This document shows, piece by piece, positions 41,007 through 52,400 of a DNA stretch of 64,000 bases. A model generated the notes under the pieces. That model saw only the letters and a list, made by a program, of their open reading frames with translations, did not search any database and was not told the DNA's origin. Both the position numbers and the translations under genes were made by a program. Origin of the DNA: an uncultured Thermoleophilia bacterium (lineage in GTDB: Bacteria > Actinomycetota > Thermoleophilia > UBA2241). The DNA lies in contig CAVQSP010000013.1 of the NCBI GenBank assembly GCA_963715985.1, positions 64,001-128,000 on the forward strand. Reading direction: 5' to 3'. Positions within the stretch are counted from its first letter, which is position 1, and each line of letters starts with the position of its first letter.

Positions 41007-42980
41007 GTGCAGGCCGCCGGCGACACCAGCGATAGTGCGGGGGCGCAGGGCGCGCACTCCACCGCCCCGCCGCTCACCCTGGGCACGGCCGGCCACATCG
41101 ATCACGGCAAGACCGCGCTCATCACCCGGCTGACCGGCAAGAACACCGACCGCCTGCGCGAGGAGCAGGAACGGGGCATCTCGATCGAGCTGGGCTACGC
41201 CGAGCTCGAGCTCCCCGGCGGCGGCAAGCTCAGCGTGGTGGACGTGCCCGGCCACGAGCGCTTCGTGCGCACCATGGTCGCCGGGGCTACGGGTGTGGAC
41301 CTCTTCCTGCTCGTCATCGCCGCGGACGACGGAGTGATGCCGCAGACGCGCGAGCACGTCGCCATCATCGAGCTCCTGGGCGTGCGCGACGGCGTGGTGG
41401 CGCTCAGCAAGGCCGACCTCGTGGACGACGAGTTGCTGGAGCTCGCCGAGGCGGATGTGCGGGAGTTCCTGGAGACGACGCCCTACGCAGGTGTGGAGCT
41501 GGTCACCGTGAGCGCCCGCGACGGGCGCGGCACGGGTGAGCTGCTGGCCGCGCTTGAGCGTGCCGCCTCCAGGGTCGTGGCGGGGCGCGGGGAGGGTCCC
41601 GCCCGGCTCCCCATCGACCGCGTCTTCCCGCTCAAGGGCATCGGCACGGTGGTGACGGGCACGCTGTGGCGCGGCGAGCTGCGCGCCGGCGACCCTGTGG
41701 TGATCGTCCCCGGCGGCGCCCGCACGGCGGTGCGCAGCGTGCAGGTTCACGACCACGAGACGGACGTGGTGCAGGCCGGCAGCCGCGTGGGCGTCAACCT
41801 GCGCGGCCTCGACCGCGGCGAGGTCTCGCGCGGCGACTGGCTGGTGGCGCCGGAGCTCGCCGCGCACGTGGGCCGGCGCTTCGACGCGTGGGTGCAGCTC
41901 GTGCCCGGCGGGCGGCCGCTGCGCGCGGGCGACCGTGTGCGGCTGCACCACGGCACGGCGCAGTACCTGGCGCGGGTCGCGCCGCTGGAGGGTCGCGAGA
42001 TCGCGGCGGGCGCGCAGGCGGCGGCGGTCGTGCGGCTCGACGGCGACGCGGCCGTCGAGCCGCACGACCGCTTCATCCTGCGCGCCCTCTCGCCGGTGGC
42101 CACCGTGGGCGGTGGAGAGGTGTTGGCAACGGGCCGGCGCCACTGGCACGACCGCGCCCGTCACGGCGCCTATCTCGAGGCCGCGAGGGCCGGAGACGCC
42201 CGCGCCGCCGCGCTGGCCGTGGCGGCGGATGCAGGCTCCGCCGGTCTCACGGCCGCCGACCTGGGGGCCGCCGGCTTCACGATGGCCGCGGCCGCCACCG
42301 CCCTTGCGGCAGCCGGCAAGGCCGGGGAGGTCGAGACCCTGCCTGCGCCGGGTCGCGCCGGCGTCGGCGCGCGCTGGTTCGCCGCCGGCGTGCTGGGCGT
42401 CATGCGAGCCGCGCTGGTCGAAGGTGCCGCCGAACGGGCCGCGACGCGGCCGGAACGGCCCTTCTCGAGCGCGGCGGAGCTGGCTGCTCTCGTCCCCGCT
42501 CTGCCGGCCCGAGATGTGGACGCCGTCCTGCAGGATCTGGCCGCCGCCGGGGAGCTCGTCACCGGCGAGGGCGGCTACGCGCCGTCCGGCGCCGGCGTTC
42601 TCGGCGCCGGACAGGAGGCGCTCGCTGCGGCGGCTCTGGAGCGTCTGGAGGCCCAGCCGATGGCGCCGCCGACCCTCGCGGTGCTGGCCGAGGGGCTCGG
42701 GCGGCCGCCGCGCGAGCTCACACAGGTGCTCGACGTGCTCGCGCGCCGCGGCGACGTGGTGCGCGTGGACAAGGACCTGTGGTTCTCGGCGGGCGCAGTG
42801 GACGAGGCGCGCGCGGCGCTGGAGGCCATGCTTGCCGGCGGGGGCGTGACCCTCGCCGCCTTCCGCGACCGCCTTGACTGCGGGCGCCGCAACGCCCAGG
42901 CCCTCCTCGAGTACTTCGACCGAGAGGGCCTCACCCTGCGGCGCGGCGACGAACGCATCGCCCGTCGGCGCCGCGCCTGA
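41007..42980 (+). CDS. selB: Selenocysteine-specific translation elongation factor
   Basis: 'GTAGHIDHGKT', 'TDRLREEQERGISIELG', 'DVPGHERF', 'LHHGT', C-terminal winged helix 'LLEYFDREG.T.R.GD.R'. Confidence 0.97.
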   Translation: MQAAGDTSDSAGAQGAHSTAPPLTLGTAGHIDHGKTALITRLTGKNTDRLREEQERGISIELGYAELELPGGGKLSVVDVPGHERFVRTMVAGATGVDLFLLVIAADDGVMPQTREHVAIIELLGVRDGVVALSKADLVDDELLELAEADVREFLETTPYAGVELVTVSARDGRGTGELLAALERAASRVVAGRGEGPARLPIDRVFPLKGIGTVVTGTLWRGELRAGDPVVIVPGGARTAVRSVQVHDHETDVVQAGSRVGVNLRGLDRGEVSRGDWLVAPELAAHVGRRFDAWVQLVPGGRPLRAGDRVRLHHGTAQYLARVAPLEGREIAAGAQAAAVVRLDGDAAVEPHDRFILRALSPVATVGGGEVLATGRRHWHDRARHGAYLEAARAGDARAAALAVAADAGSAGLTAADLGAAGFTMAAAATALAAAGKAGEVETLPAPGRAGVGARWFAAGVLGVMRAALVEGAAERAATRPERPFSSAAELAALVPALPARDVDAVLQDLAAAGELVTGEGGYAPSGAGVLGAGQEALAAAALERLEAQPMAPPTLAVLAEGLGRPPRELTQVLDVLARRGDVVRVDKDLWFSAGAVDEARAALEAMLAGGGVTLAAFRDRLDCGRRNAQALLEYFDREGLTLRRGDERIARRRRA

Positions 42981-43026
42981 CGCACGCGGTCCAACGCGTC
43001 CGCCAACGTCCGCCGTCCGCCGCCCC

Positions 43027-46000
43027 TCAGGCGTCGGCGAACGACGCCACCTGGTCGCGGCCGCGCCGCTTGGCCAGGTACATGGCCCAGTCGGCCTTGT
43101 CCAGGAGCTCGTCGCGGCGCTCCGCGTCGTCTGGGTAGCCGGCGATGCCGATGCTCACGGTGAGCGGCGTCCCGTGCGCGGCGAAGCCCGCCGCGTGGAT
43201 ACGCTCACGGATGCGCTCCGCCACCGTGAGCGCCGCCTCGATGTCGGTCTCCACGAGGATCACGACGAACTCCTCGCCCCCGTACCGGCCGGCTATGTCG
43301 ATGCTGCGCACGGACTGCTCGATGATGTGCGACACCTCTCGCAGCACGCGGTCGCCGGCGCGATGCCCGTTGGCGTCGTTGAAGTCCTTGAAGTGGTCGA
43401 GGTCGCAGAACAGGATCGTGAGCGGTCGCCCCGACTCGTGGGCGCGGTGCAGCTCCTCCGCCAGCCGCTCGTGCAGGTACCTGTGGTTGTACAGGCCGGT
43501 GAGTGCGTCTGTGATGGCCTCGATCTCGGCGCGGCCCAGACGCACGGCCGCGGACTGCAGCATCGAGGCAAAGGTCTGGGGGCTCTCGCCGCGCAGGGCT
43601 TCCGTTCCGGTCCGAGACAGCGCGGGCAGGTCCGCAGCCACTGCCGCCACGACGCGGCCCGAAGAGTCGAGGATCGGCGCAAGCCCGGTGACCCACACGC
43701 CGAACCGGTCGGCGAAGAGGGTGTTCACCTGCGGCCGCTGCCCTCCGAAGATCTGGGGGAGCTCGTCGTCGGCGAAGATCTCCTCGCCGAAGTGCGAGCG
43801 GTCCGCCTCGCTCTCCTCGGGGTCCACGCCGATCACGAACTTCTTGTCGATCTGCACGTGCGTGGTGAGGAACCGTGTGGGCGGGTTGGCGTCGCGCACC
43901 TCGCGCAGGATCTCGCTGATCTCGTTGTATTCCGGGCTCTGCTCGTCCTCGGGGCCGCTGAGCACCGAGTGCTTCTCGCCCGGGATGCGCGAGGCCGCCT
44001 CGGCGGCGATGGCCTCCGCCTCGGCGTGCGTCCGCGCCAGCTCTTCCAGCACCGCGAGGAATGCGTCCACCATCTCCGGGTCGAACTGCGTTCCCCGGCA
44101 GTGGCGCAGCTCGGCGAGACACTCGCCGTAGGTGAGCGCAGCCTTGTACGGGCGGCGGCACGACATGGCGTCGTAGGCGTCGACAACGGCCATCCCTCTG
44201 GCGAGCAACGGGATGGCATCCCCGGCGAGACCGTCGGGATACCCGTTGCCGTCGAAGCGCTCGTGGTGGTGGCGCACTCCGTCGACGAGGGCCCCGCGGA
44301 AGAGCGGGCGGATGATGTCGGCGCTGAACACCGGGTGCAGGCGCATCTGTTGCCACTCCTGCGGATTGAGGCGTCCGGGCTTGAGCAGCACGCGGTCCGA
44401 GATGCTGATCTTGCCGATGTCGTGCAGATACGCCGCCTCTTCAAGGGAGTCCATGAGCTCGGGCGGCCATCCCAACTTGTGCCCGAGCATCATCGTGTAC
44501 GCGGCCACCCGGGCGGCGTGGCCGAGGGTGTAGTAGTCCTTGGCGTTCAGGGCCGAGCTCAGCGCCTTGAGGTTGCCCAGGTGCATCTGCTTGATGTCGT
44601 CGTACAGCTGGGCGTTCTTGATGGCCAGGGAGAGCTGGGTCGCGACCCGCTCCAGCAGCCTGACGTCCAGATCCTGAAAGGCCATGGGGTCTCGGCTCAT
44701 GAGCGCGAAGGCGCCCATCATCCCGGCATCCGACGGCAGGGCGATGGCGACGGCGGCGCGCCAGTCGGCCAGGAGCGGGTGGTGCGCCGGCAGAGGCGCG
44801 TCCTGGGGCAGCAGCATGCGCACTACGCCCCTCTCTTTCAGGCTGTCAAGGAACTGCCCGCCAAACTCGCCCGCGGCCATGCCGGTCATCAGGCCCGCAG
44901 AGCCGTCCGGCGAGATCACGCGCTCGATGCGATCGCCCCTGGCGAGGAACAGGGCGTGGCTGTCGAACGGCATGAGCTTGCGCAGCTCATCGACGGCGGC
45001 GCCGACGATCTCTTCGAGATCGAGGCTCGCCGCCGTCCTCCGCGCGATCTCGTTGAGCAGCTGTGTCTCCTGGTTGGCGGCCTGTTGGCTCTCGAACAGC
45101 GTGGCGTTCTCGATGGCCATGGCGGCGGCGTGGCACACGGCGGCGGCGGTCTTGAGCTCGCCCTCGGTGAACGTGCGCTCCTCGCCGCTCTCGACGAGCT
45201 CGACCGTGCCGATGACCCGGTCCTGGACGATGAGCGGCAGGGTGGCCCAGCTCTTCTTCGCATACTCCTTGTTGATCTCGTGCACGCGGTTGGTGAGTCG
45301 CGGGTCGCGCAGCGAGCGCACCACCGTCGGCCGCTTCGTCGTGATGACCTCGCGCGTGACGGCGGCGTCCGCGAGGGAGAGGTACTGCCCGATCCATGCC
45401 TCGTCCACGCGGCCGTGCTCGACGCGCATGAGCGTGCGCAGACCCTCGCCCTCGATCACGGTGATCTCGCACTCCGGCACGCCCACGCTCTCGCAGAGGC
45501 GCTTGGCCGTGGCCAGCAGCGTGTCGCGCAGATCCAGACTGCTGGAGAGCTCCAGGGCCGACTCGCTCATCAGCGTCATCCAGCGCACGCTGTCATCGAG
45601 CTCCCGGTACAGCCGCGCGTTGGCCACCGCCTGGCCGGCGATCTGCGCCAGGCCGACGATGGCGTCCACGGCGGCGAAGGGTCGCGACTCGCGGTTGTAG
45701 AGGTCGATGAACCCGATGAGATCGCCGCCGGCGAGCAGGGGGACGCTCATGCACGCCCTGTACCCCCACGTCTCGGCGTCCGCACGGTCGGCCGGGGTCG
45801 CCCGCAGGGTCGGCCAGGACGTCAAGGACGATCACCGGCCGGCGCGTGGCCCTCGCCTCCGTGAACATGGAGAAGTCCGCCATCCGGTAGCGCGTGCCGC
45901 GTACGGTCCTGCTCGGCGCTCTCGCCCACGGAGACGAGGATCTCGGCGTCCTCGCCCACCACGCCGTACACGTCACACATGTCGGCCCGCGAGACGGTGA

Positions 46001-48369
46001 GGATGCGCTCCGCGACCTTGGCGATGACGGCGTCGATGTCGAGCGTAGAGCCGAACTCCAGGCCGGAGTCCACCAGCAGGCGCAGGTCGCGGTTGCCGCT
46101 CTCGAGGCGCTCCACGAGCATGGCCTTCTCGAACGCCCCCGCCAGCATGCGGCCGACGTTGCGGATGAAGTCGAGCTGGCCCGAATACTCGCGCACCTTG
46201 GTGTCGAAGACGTCGATCAAGCCGATGGGTCGACCGTCGACCACGAGCGGCAAGGAGACCATGCTGCGGTAGCCCCAGCGGCGGTAGGCGCTCGCCTCCT
46301 CTTCCGGCAGATCGACGGCCTCCAGGTCACCGACAACGACCGGCTCGTTGGCGGCCAGCGCTGCGACGGTGACCTCGTACACCGCCAGGTCGCGCTCGCT
46401 GCCTATCTCGTCTTCGTCCCAGCCGCGGCTGTCGAAGCTGGCGAGGCAGCGCATGTGCTCGCCCTCGATCGTCCAGATGTCGCAGTCCTCAGCGGCGAGG
46501 ATGGCTCGCAGCCGCTCGGCGACGATGCGCGCGAGGCCTTCGAGGCCCTGCTCTTCGTTGAGCCGGTCGCTGAGCTCGACGAGCTCGCGCAGGGCCGCGT
46601 TGCTGTGCCGCAGACTCTCCATGAGGTGCGCGTTCTGGAGAGCCTCGGCGACGGTGTGTGCGGCGCTGCGCAGGAAGCCGCGCACCTCGTTGTAGTCGCG
46701 CTCCCTGGTGTCGAACAGGTCGATCAGGCCGACCACTTCGTCGCCGGCGATGAGCGGGAAGCGAGATGGCAGGCTGCGGAAGTCGAACTCGCCCCAGTCG
46801 TCGCGCTCCACGTCAGTCACACGCGGGTCCCGGAGTGCGCAGAACACCAGCGTCTCGCGGTCCTCGAGCGCCGCCGCGTCGACGGGATGCCGGGCGACTC
46901 CAGGATCTTGCCGCGCAGCGCGAACGTCCTCGCCGCTGCTGTCGAAGCTGGCGAGACAGCGGAGGTACCCTTCCTCCAGCCACCACACGTCGCAATCCTC
47001 CACGTCGGTCACGTCGCGCAGGTGGCGGGCCGCCACGAGGCCCAGGTCCGACAGCGAGCCGGCGCTCGCAAGGCTCGCTGCGAGGTCGACGAGGCTCTGT
47101 TGCAGGTGGCTTCTCTTCTCGACCTCGTCCACCAGTACCGCGTTGTCGAAGAGACCTGCGGCCAGCTGCGTGACGCCGGTCAGGAACTCGACCTCGCGGC
47201 CCCAGTCGCGCTCGGCGTCGTCGTACAGCTCCACCAGGCCGACCAGCGTGCCGCCCGAGACGAGCGGCATGGTGAGCGAGCTGGCGTAGCCCCACGCGTG
47301 GTAGCGCTCCACCTCCTCCGGCGCCAGACGGCGGTCCGTGAGGTCGTCGATCGCCAGCGGCGTGAGGTCGATGAGCGTGCGTTCCAGCGAGGGGTACTTG
47401 GCGGTGTCCAGGATCATGCCGCTCCTGCTGGTGTCGACGCCGTCGCGAGTCAGGTCGACGAGCCCGCGGATGACGCCGCCGCTCACCCTGTACAGGTCCA
47501 CGCAGTCGGCGTTCACGGCGGCCATGAGGCGCAGGGCGAAGCGCTCCGCGAAGCGTTCCAACTCCGGCGTCTGGGCGACTTCCTGCGAGAGGTCCATGAT
47601 CTCGCGGATGGCCTTCTCTCTGTGTTCAAGCGTCCGGTAGGTGGCGTCCACGTCCACGGCGTGGGCGCACAGGTCGGTCAGTCCCACGACGGTGGGGACG
47701 AACTCACTGAGATCGCGCGTGCGGGAGTCGCTGATCTCGACGGCGCCGATGAGCTCGCCGCGTACCATCATCGGCGCCCACACCATGCAGCGGCAGCCGC
47801 GGCGCTGCAGGGCCAAGCGTTCCCACTGCGTTCCGCGACCGCCCGCGGAAGGCAGCGCCACAGCTCTCGGAGTCTCCGGGCCGCCCTCGACGGGGATCCA
47901 GTCGTTCACGCTCCACGACTCCCCGATGCGGCCGCTCTCCAGCTCGCCGCCTTCGATGGAGACGACGAGACCCAGGCGCTCACCCCGGCGCACCAGCACG
48001 TCGCAGCGCGGCGTCTCGGTGAGCTCGCACAGACGCCGCGCGACCTGCTCGGGGACGTCCCACGGCGCTTCCGTCAGCAGGATGGCCAAGTCGTGATCGG
48101 CATGCACCACGGCGCGCAGGTCCTGGGTCACGCGCCGCAGGTCGGCGTAGTCGCCTGGCTGCGGCCTCTGGCCGTCCTCCGCGGCGCCCGGCATGAGCGC
48201 CTGGACGTCGGCGGACCAGGTAGCGCCGGTGCCCGCCCGGACTGCGGTGCGCCGCGATGCGCCCGGCGTCGGTCCAGCGCCGCACCGTGTTGGCGCTCAC
48301 GCCCATGAGCGCCGCGACGTCGGCAACGCGCAGCCAGGTGGTGTCCGCTCTTTCGCCCGCGATCGTCAT
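43027..48369 (-). CDS. Giant signalling protein: BldC/excisionase-like HTH, ~7 GAF, HD-GYP, PAS/Cache-like insert, GGDEF (frameshifted)
   Basis: Contiguous fragments 47980..48369 (HTH), 45822..48194 (GAFs), 45593..45976 (bridge), 43027..45825 (GAFs, 'LHDIGK...HHERFDGNGYP', 'RSIDIAGRYGGEEF'). Confidence 0.8.
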
Positions 48370-48391
48370 GATGGTGCCCGCATTAGTTCAC

Positions 48392-48419
48392 GAATCGGCA
48401 CTTTACGCCAGAATCTTGA
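48392..48419 (-). promoter_or_regulatory. Sigma28 (FliA/WhiG)-type promoter
   Basis: Minus strand TCAA-N16-GCCGATTC, ending 22 nt before ATG 48369. Confidence 0.75.
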
Positions 48420-48585
48420 ACAAAACTCCCATCCTGAGGGCCATCGACGGGAGGTTCGGCAGGATGACGCCCTCTTGCACGACGCGCGGATCCGGCGATG
48501 GCACTGGCGCAGCCGGCGGCATAGCATCTCGGTACCGATCAACGCCGGCCGGCACGCGGCCGTGGCGTGGACAAGGGAGGGACAC

Positions 48586-49383
48586 ATGGCGCGCAAGGGC
48601 AGGGTGGAGGGCAAGGTCGCCCTCGTCACCGGGGTCGCCAAGACCAACAGCATCGGGTTCAACACGGCAAGGGTGCTGGGCGAAGAGGGCGCCCTGCTCG
48701 CCATCGTCGACATCTCCGAGCGCGTGCACGGCTGTGCGGAGGAGCTTCGTGGCCTCGGCTTCGAAGTGGCCTCGTACACCGCCGACCTCGCCAGGATGGA
48801 CGAGGTCCGCGCCATGATCGCGGGGGTCGAGGGCTGCTTCGGGCGCATCGACGTGCTGGTCAACAACGCCGGCATGGTGATCGAGGGCATGGACGAGGAC
48901 TTCACCGACTTCGCCCACCTCACCGAGGCCCAGTGGGACTTCGGCATCTCCATCAACCTCAAGACGCAGTTCAACGTCACGCGCAGCGTCATCGGCGGCA
49001 TGATCGAGCGCGGCTACGGCCGCATCGTCAACATCTCGTCGGTGACCGGGCCGGTGGTCGCCAACCCCGAGGAGGCCGTGTACTGCGCGGCCAAGGCCGG
49101 CGTGCTCGGCATGACCCGGGGCCTGGCTCTGGACGTGGCCAAGCACGGCATCACCGTGAACGCCGTGGGCCCGGGGTGGATCGACACCGGCTCCACCACC
49201 GAGGGCGAGCGCGCCGGGGCGCAGAACACGCCCATGGGCCGCGCGGCCACGCCCACCGAGGTGGGCAAGCTCGTCTGCTTCCTGGGCTCGGACGACGCGA
49301 GCTACATCACCGGGCAGCTGGTGGTCATCGACGGCGGCAACACCATCCAGGAGTACAAGGGTCCAAGCGAGCTGTACTACTAA
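48586..49383 (+). CDS. SDR family oxidoreductase
   Basis: RBS GGGAGG; 'VALVTG...IG', 'VLVNNAG', 'IVNISS', 'YCAAKAG', 'YITGQLVVIDGG'. Confidence 0.95.
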   Translation: MARKGRVEGKVALVTGVAKTNSIGFNTARVLGEEGALLAIVDISERVHGCAEELRGLGFEVASYTADLARMDEVRAMIAGVEGCFGRIDVLVNNAGMVIEGMDEDFTDFAHLTEAQWDFGISINLKTQFNVTRSVIGGMIERGYGRIVNISSVTGPVVANPEEAVYCAAKAGVLGMTRGLALDVAKHGITVNAVGPGWIDTGSTTEGERAGAQNTPMGRAATPTEVGKLVCFLGSDDASYITGQLVVIDGGNTIQEYKGPSELYY

Positions 49384-49471
49384 GGGACCGACCGCGGGCC
49401 TGATGCGTCGCGAGGTGGTTGGTGCGCAGTCGGGGGCCGTCAACGGTGTCACGCGCCGGAAGTGGCGGCGC

Positions 49472-52400
49472 CTACCCGACTGCGAGAGATGCGGTCCCCT
49501 CAAGCTCTTCGAGGGTGGGCCGCATCGCCATGAACGCCTCGACCACGGCGGGGTCGAACTGGCTGCCGGCGCACTCGCGGATCTCGGAAAGGGCCTCCTC
49601 GGCCGGCATGCGGCGGCGGTACGGCCGGTCACTGGTCATGGCGTGGAAGGAGTCGGCGACGAAGATGATGCGCGCCTCCAGCGGTATCGCCTCGCCGGGC
49701 AGCCCATCCGGATAGCCCGTCCCGTCCCAGCGTTCGTGGGCGGAACGTACGATGCGCGCGACCGGCAGCAGGTAGTCGATGCTGGAGATGATGCGTTCCC
49801 CGATGACGGTGTGTTGCGCGATGGCCGCGAACTCCTCGGGGCTGAGGCGCCCTGGCTTGTTCAGGATGGCCCCGGGCACGCCGATCTTGCCGATGTCGTG
49901 GAGCACGGCCGCGTACTGCAGGATCCGCAGCGAGCCGTCGTCGAGCTCAAAACGCCGTCCTATCTCCACGGCGATCGCGGCGAGCACGTCGGCATGGGTG
50001 GCCGTGTAGTGGTCCTTTGCCTCCATGGCCGCGGCCAGCGCGGTCACGGTCTGGAAGTAGTTGCCCTCGAGCTGATCGTAGACGTCGCCGCTTCGTGCGA
50101 CGACGGCGACGAGGCTGGCGATGACCGCGGCGAGCGCCGTCTCGTGACGTGCATACTCCGTCTCGTCCGCGCGCCCCAGGGCGAGCGTGCCGACGACCGT
50201 GTCCCCTCGCGTGATCGGCACCACCAGCAGACTGCGAAGAAGGAGAGGGACATCAGGGGTGGCCTCGCCGGGTGCACGCTGGTCGCGCGCGAGTCTGGAC
50301 GGGAGGCGGTTGGCGGTCGCCCGGCGCTCGAGGTCGGCTATGGCAGCGTCGGCGCCTCCAGGCTGTCCGTCGATCACGCTCACGACGGGCCGACCGGTCG
50401 TGGTCAGGCGTATCCGCACATAGTCGCTGCCGGTGAGCGCGCGGATCCGTCCCGCCAGACCGCGGATGCCGCCCTCGATGTCGTGACCATCGACGAGGGT
50501 CTCGCCGAACGAACCCAGCTCCGCCAGCCCCGAGCTCAGCGCGTCGACGGTGTCGGAGAGCTCGCCGAGTCGCCTGTCCACTTCTCCGGTCATGTCGTCG
50601 AATGCCGAAGCCACCACGCCGATCTCGTCGTGACGATCGAGCCGGAGCTTGTGTCCGGCTTCACCGTTCGCCAGGGCGCGGGCGGCGGCGGCCAGCTGAA
50701 GCAGAGGCCGGCTGATGCGTGTGGTCATGAGTCCGCCCGCGCACAGCGCGATGAAGAGGCAGACGAGCGCTGCGGCGAGGCTCTTCCAGAACAAGTCACG
50801 CTGGGTGGCGTGAAGGTGGGCGCAGTCCACCGCGACCTGAAGCGCGCTCCCCGGGATCACTCGTGGCGCCGCAAGGTTGGCGAAAACCGTGGTCCAGGCG
50901 TCCTCGCCGTCGGTGTGATGGCGGCCCGCTTGCGCAGTGCTGAGGTCAGCGGGATGTGGGCCGTCGGACGATGAGGAGGCCGTCAGCCGGCCGTCCAGGT
51001 ACAGGCCCAGATCGGCGTTGGAGTACCTGCCCAGCTCTTCAAGCAGCCCGTCGTCGATCAGGCGGCTGAAGACAGCCACGCCGGCCGGTCTGCCCTTGCG
51101 CTCCCATCCGGTCACGGTCGCCGCCGTTACGATGAAGAGCCCGCCTCCTGATTTGCTGACCCCCCAGGCCGGCTTCTCGTTCGCGGCTGCCTGGACGGTG
51201 GGGTCCTGCCAGTCGGCCGCTGCTTTGTCGGTCTCGGCGACCAGGGTCCCGTCCATGGCGAAGATGGCGACGGCCTGGATGGGGTAGATGTCGACCACCG
51301 GACCGAGGACGTTGCTCTGCATCCATGCCATGTCCCGGCTTCTGATGGCCTTCTGGAAGTCGGGCCAGGACGCATAGTCGACGAGGTTGTTGAGCTGGTC
51401 GTCGGCTTTCATGCCGAGGGCGGTCTTCACGCCGCGGACCGCGGCCGTCGCGTCCGCGCGCGCGACGTTGTCCATGGAGCCCGCATAGCGGTACTGCATG
51501 ACCAGGGCGTAGGTCCCGAGCGGCACGACGGCAACGAGCGCGAACGCCAGCAGGAACCTGGCCCGCACCCCATGGAGGGACCAGGCGGAGGGCCAACTGC
51601 GGGGCGATGCGGCCGGCGCCGGCGCGCCTGCGGGAGGCCTGACGCTCGCGGGCGCGCTCGTCACCTGCGGGTTCTCCGAGGAGGAGAGGGCTGCATCCAG
51701 GGACACGGCGACGGGCAGCGCGCCGGTCCTCTCGTCTGCGGCGGGCTCGGGGTCCTCGGCCACGAGCGCGCTCGACCAGCCGACGGTCGCGTTCTTGCCC
51801 GCTCTCTTGGCCGCATACATGGCGTCGTCGGCGCGCTTCAGGAGCAGGTGTGTCGACAAGGCGTCGCCGGGGAACGTGGCCACGCCGGCGCTCACTGTGA
51901 CGGAGGGGAGTTCCCCGTGGGCCGTCTCCGCGGCCGCGATCCGGATGCGCTCGGCGACATGGAGCGCTTGCCGCTTGCCGGCCTCGGGGAGAAGGACGGC
52001 GAACTCCTCACCACCGATCCGTCCGGCCGTGTCGAAGGCGCGCAGGCTGTCGATGATGTCCGCCGCGACCGCGGCCAGCGTCTCGTTGCCGACCGGGTGG
52101 CCGAAGGAGTCGTTGATGCTCTTGAAGTCGTCGAGGTCGATGACGATGAGGCTCACGGCGTGACAGAGCCGGCTCGCCCGCGAGAGTTCCTCGTCGAGGC
52201 GGCGAAAGAAGTGAGGCTGGTTGGCGAGACCGGTCAGCATGTCGTACGAAGCCAGTCGCGACAGGCGCCGGTTGGCGCGAAAGAGCGTGGCACGAGCGAC
52301 CATCCAAGACACAGCGCCGGCACACGCGCCGATCGCGGCTCCGTACAGATAGAAGGACGTCGCCCGACCTGGGGCGACGACCACCTGCGTGGCTGAGATC

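Noticed and set aside
20432-42980. Glycine reductase (Stickland) pathway implied by gcv plus sel genes
   Set aside because: No grdA/B/C/D or thioredoxin system genes in the window.
42981-43026. selC (tRNA-Sec) near the sel genes
   Set aside because: No cloverleaf with a TCA anticodon was recognised in the flanking intergenic gaps.
48215-48369. Excisionase as a sign of a prophage or integrative element
   Set aside because: No integrase, att repeats or phage genes; the HTH runs into GAF domains.
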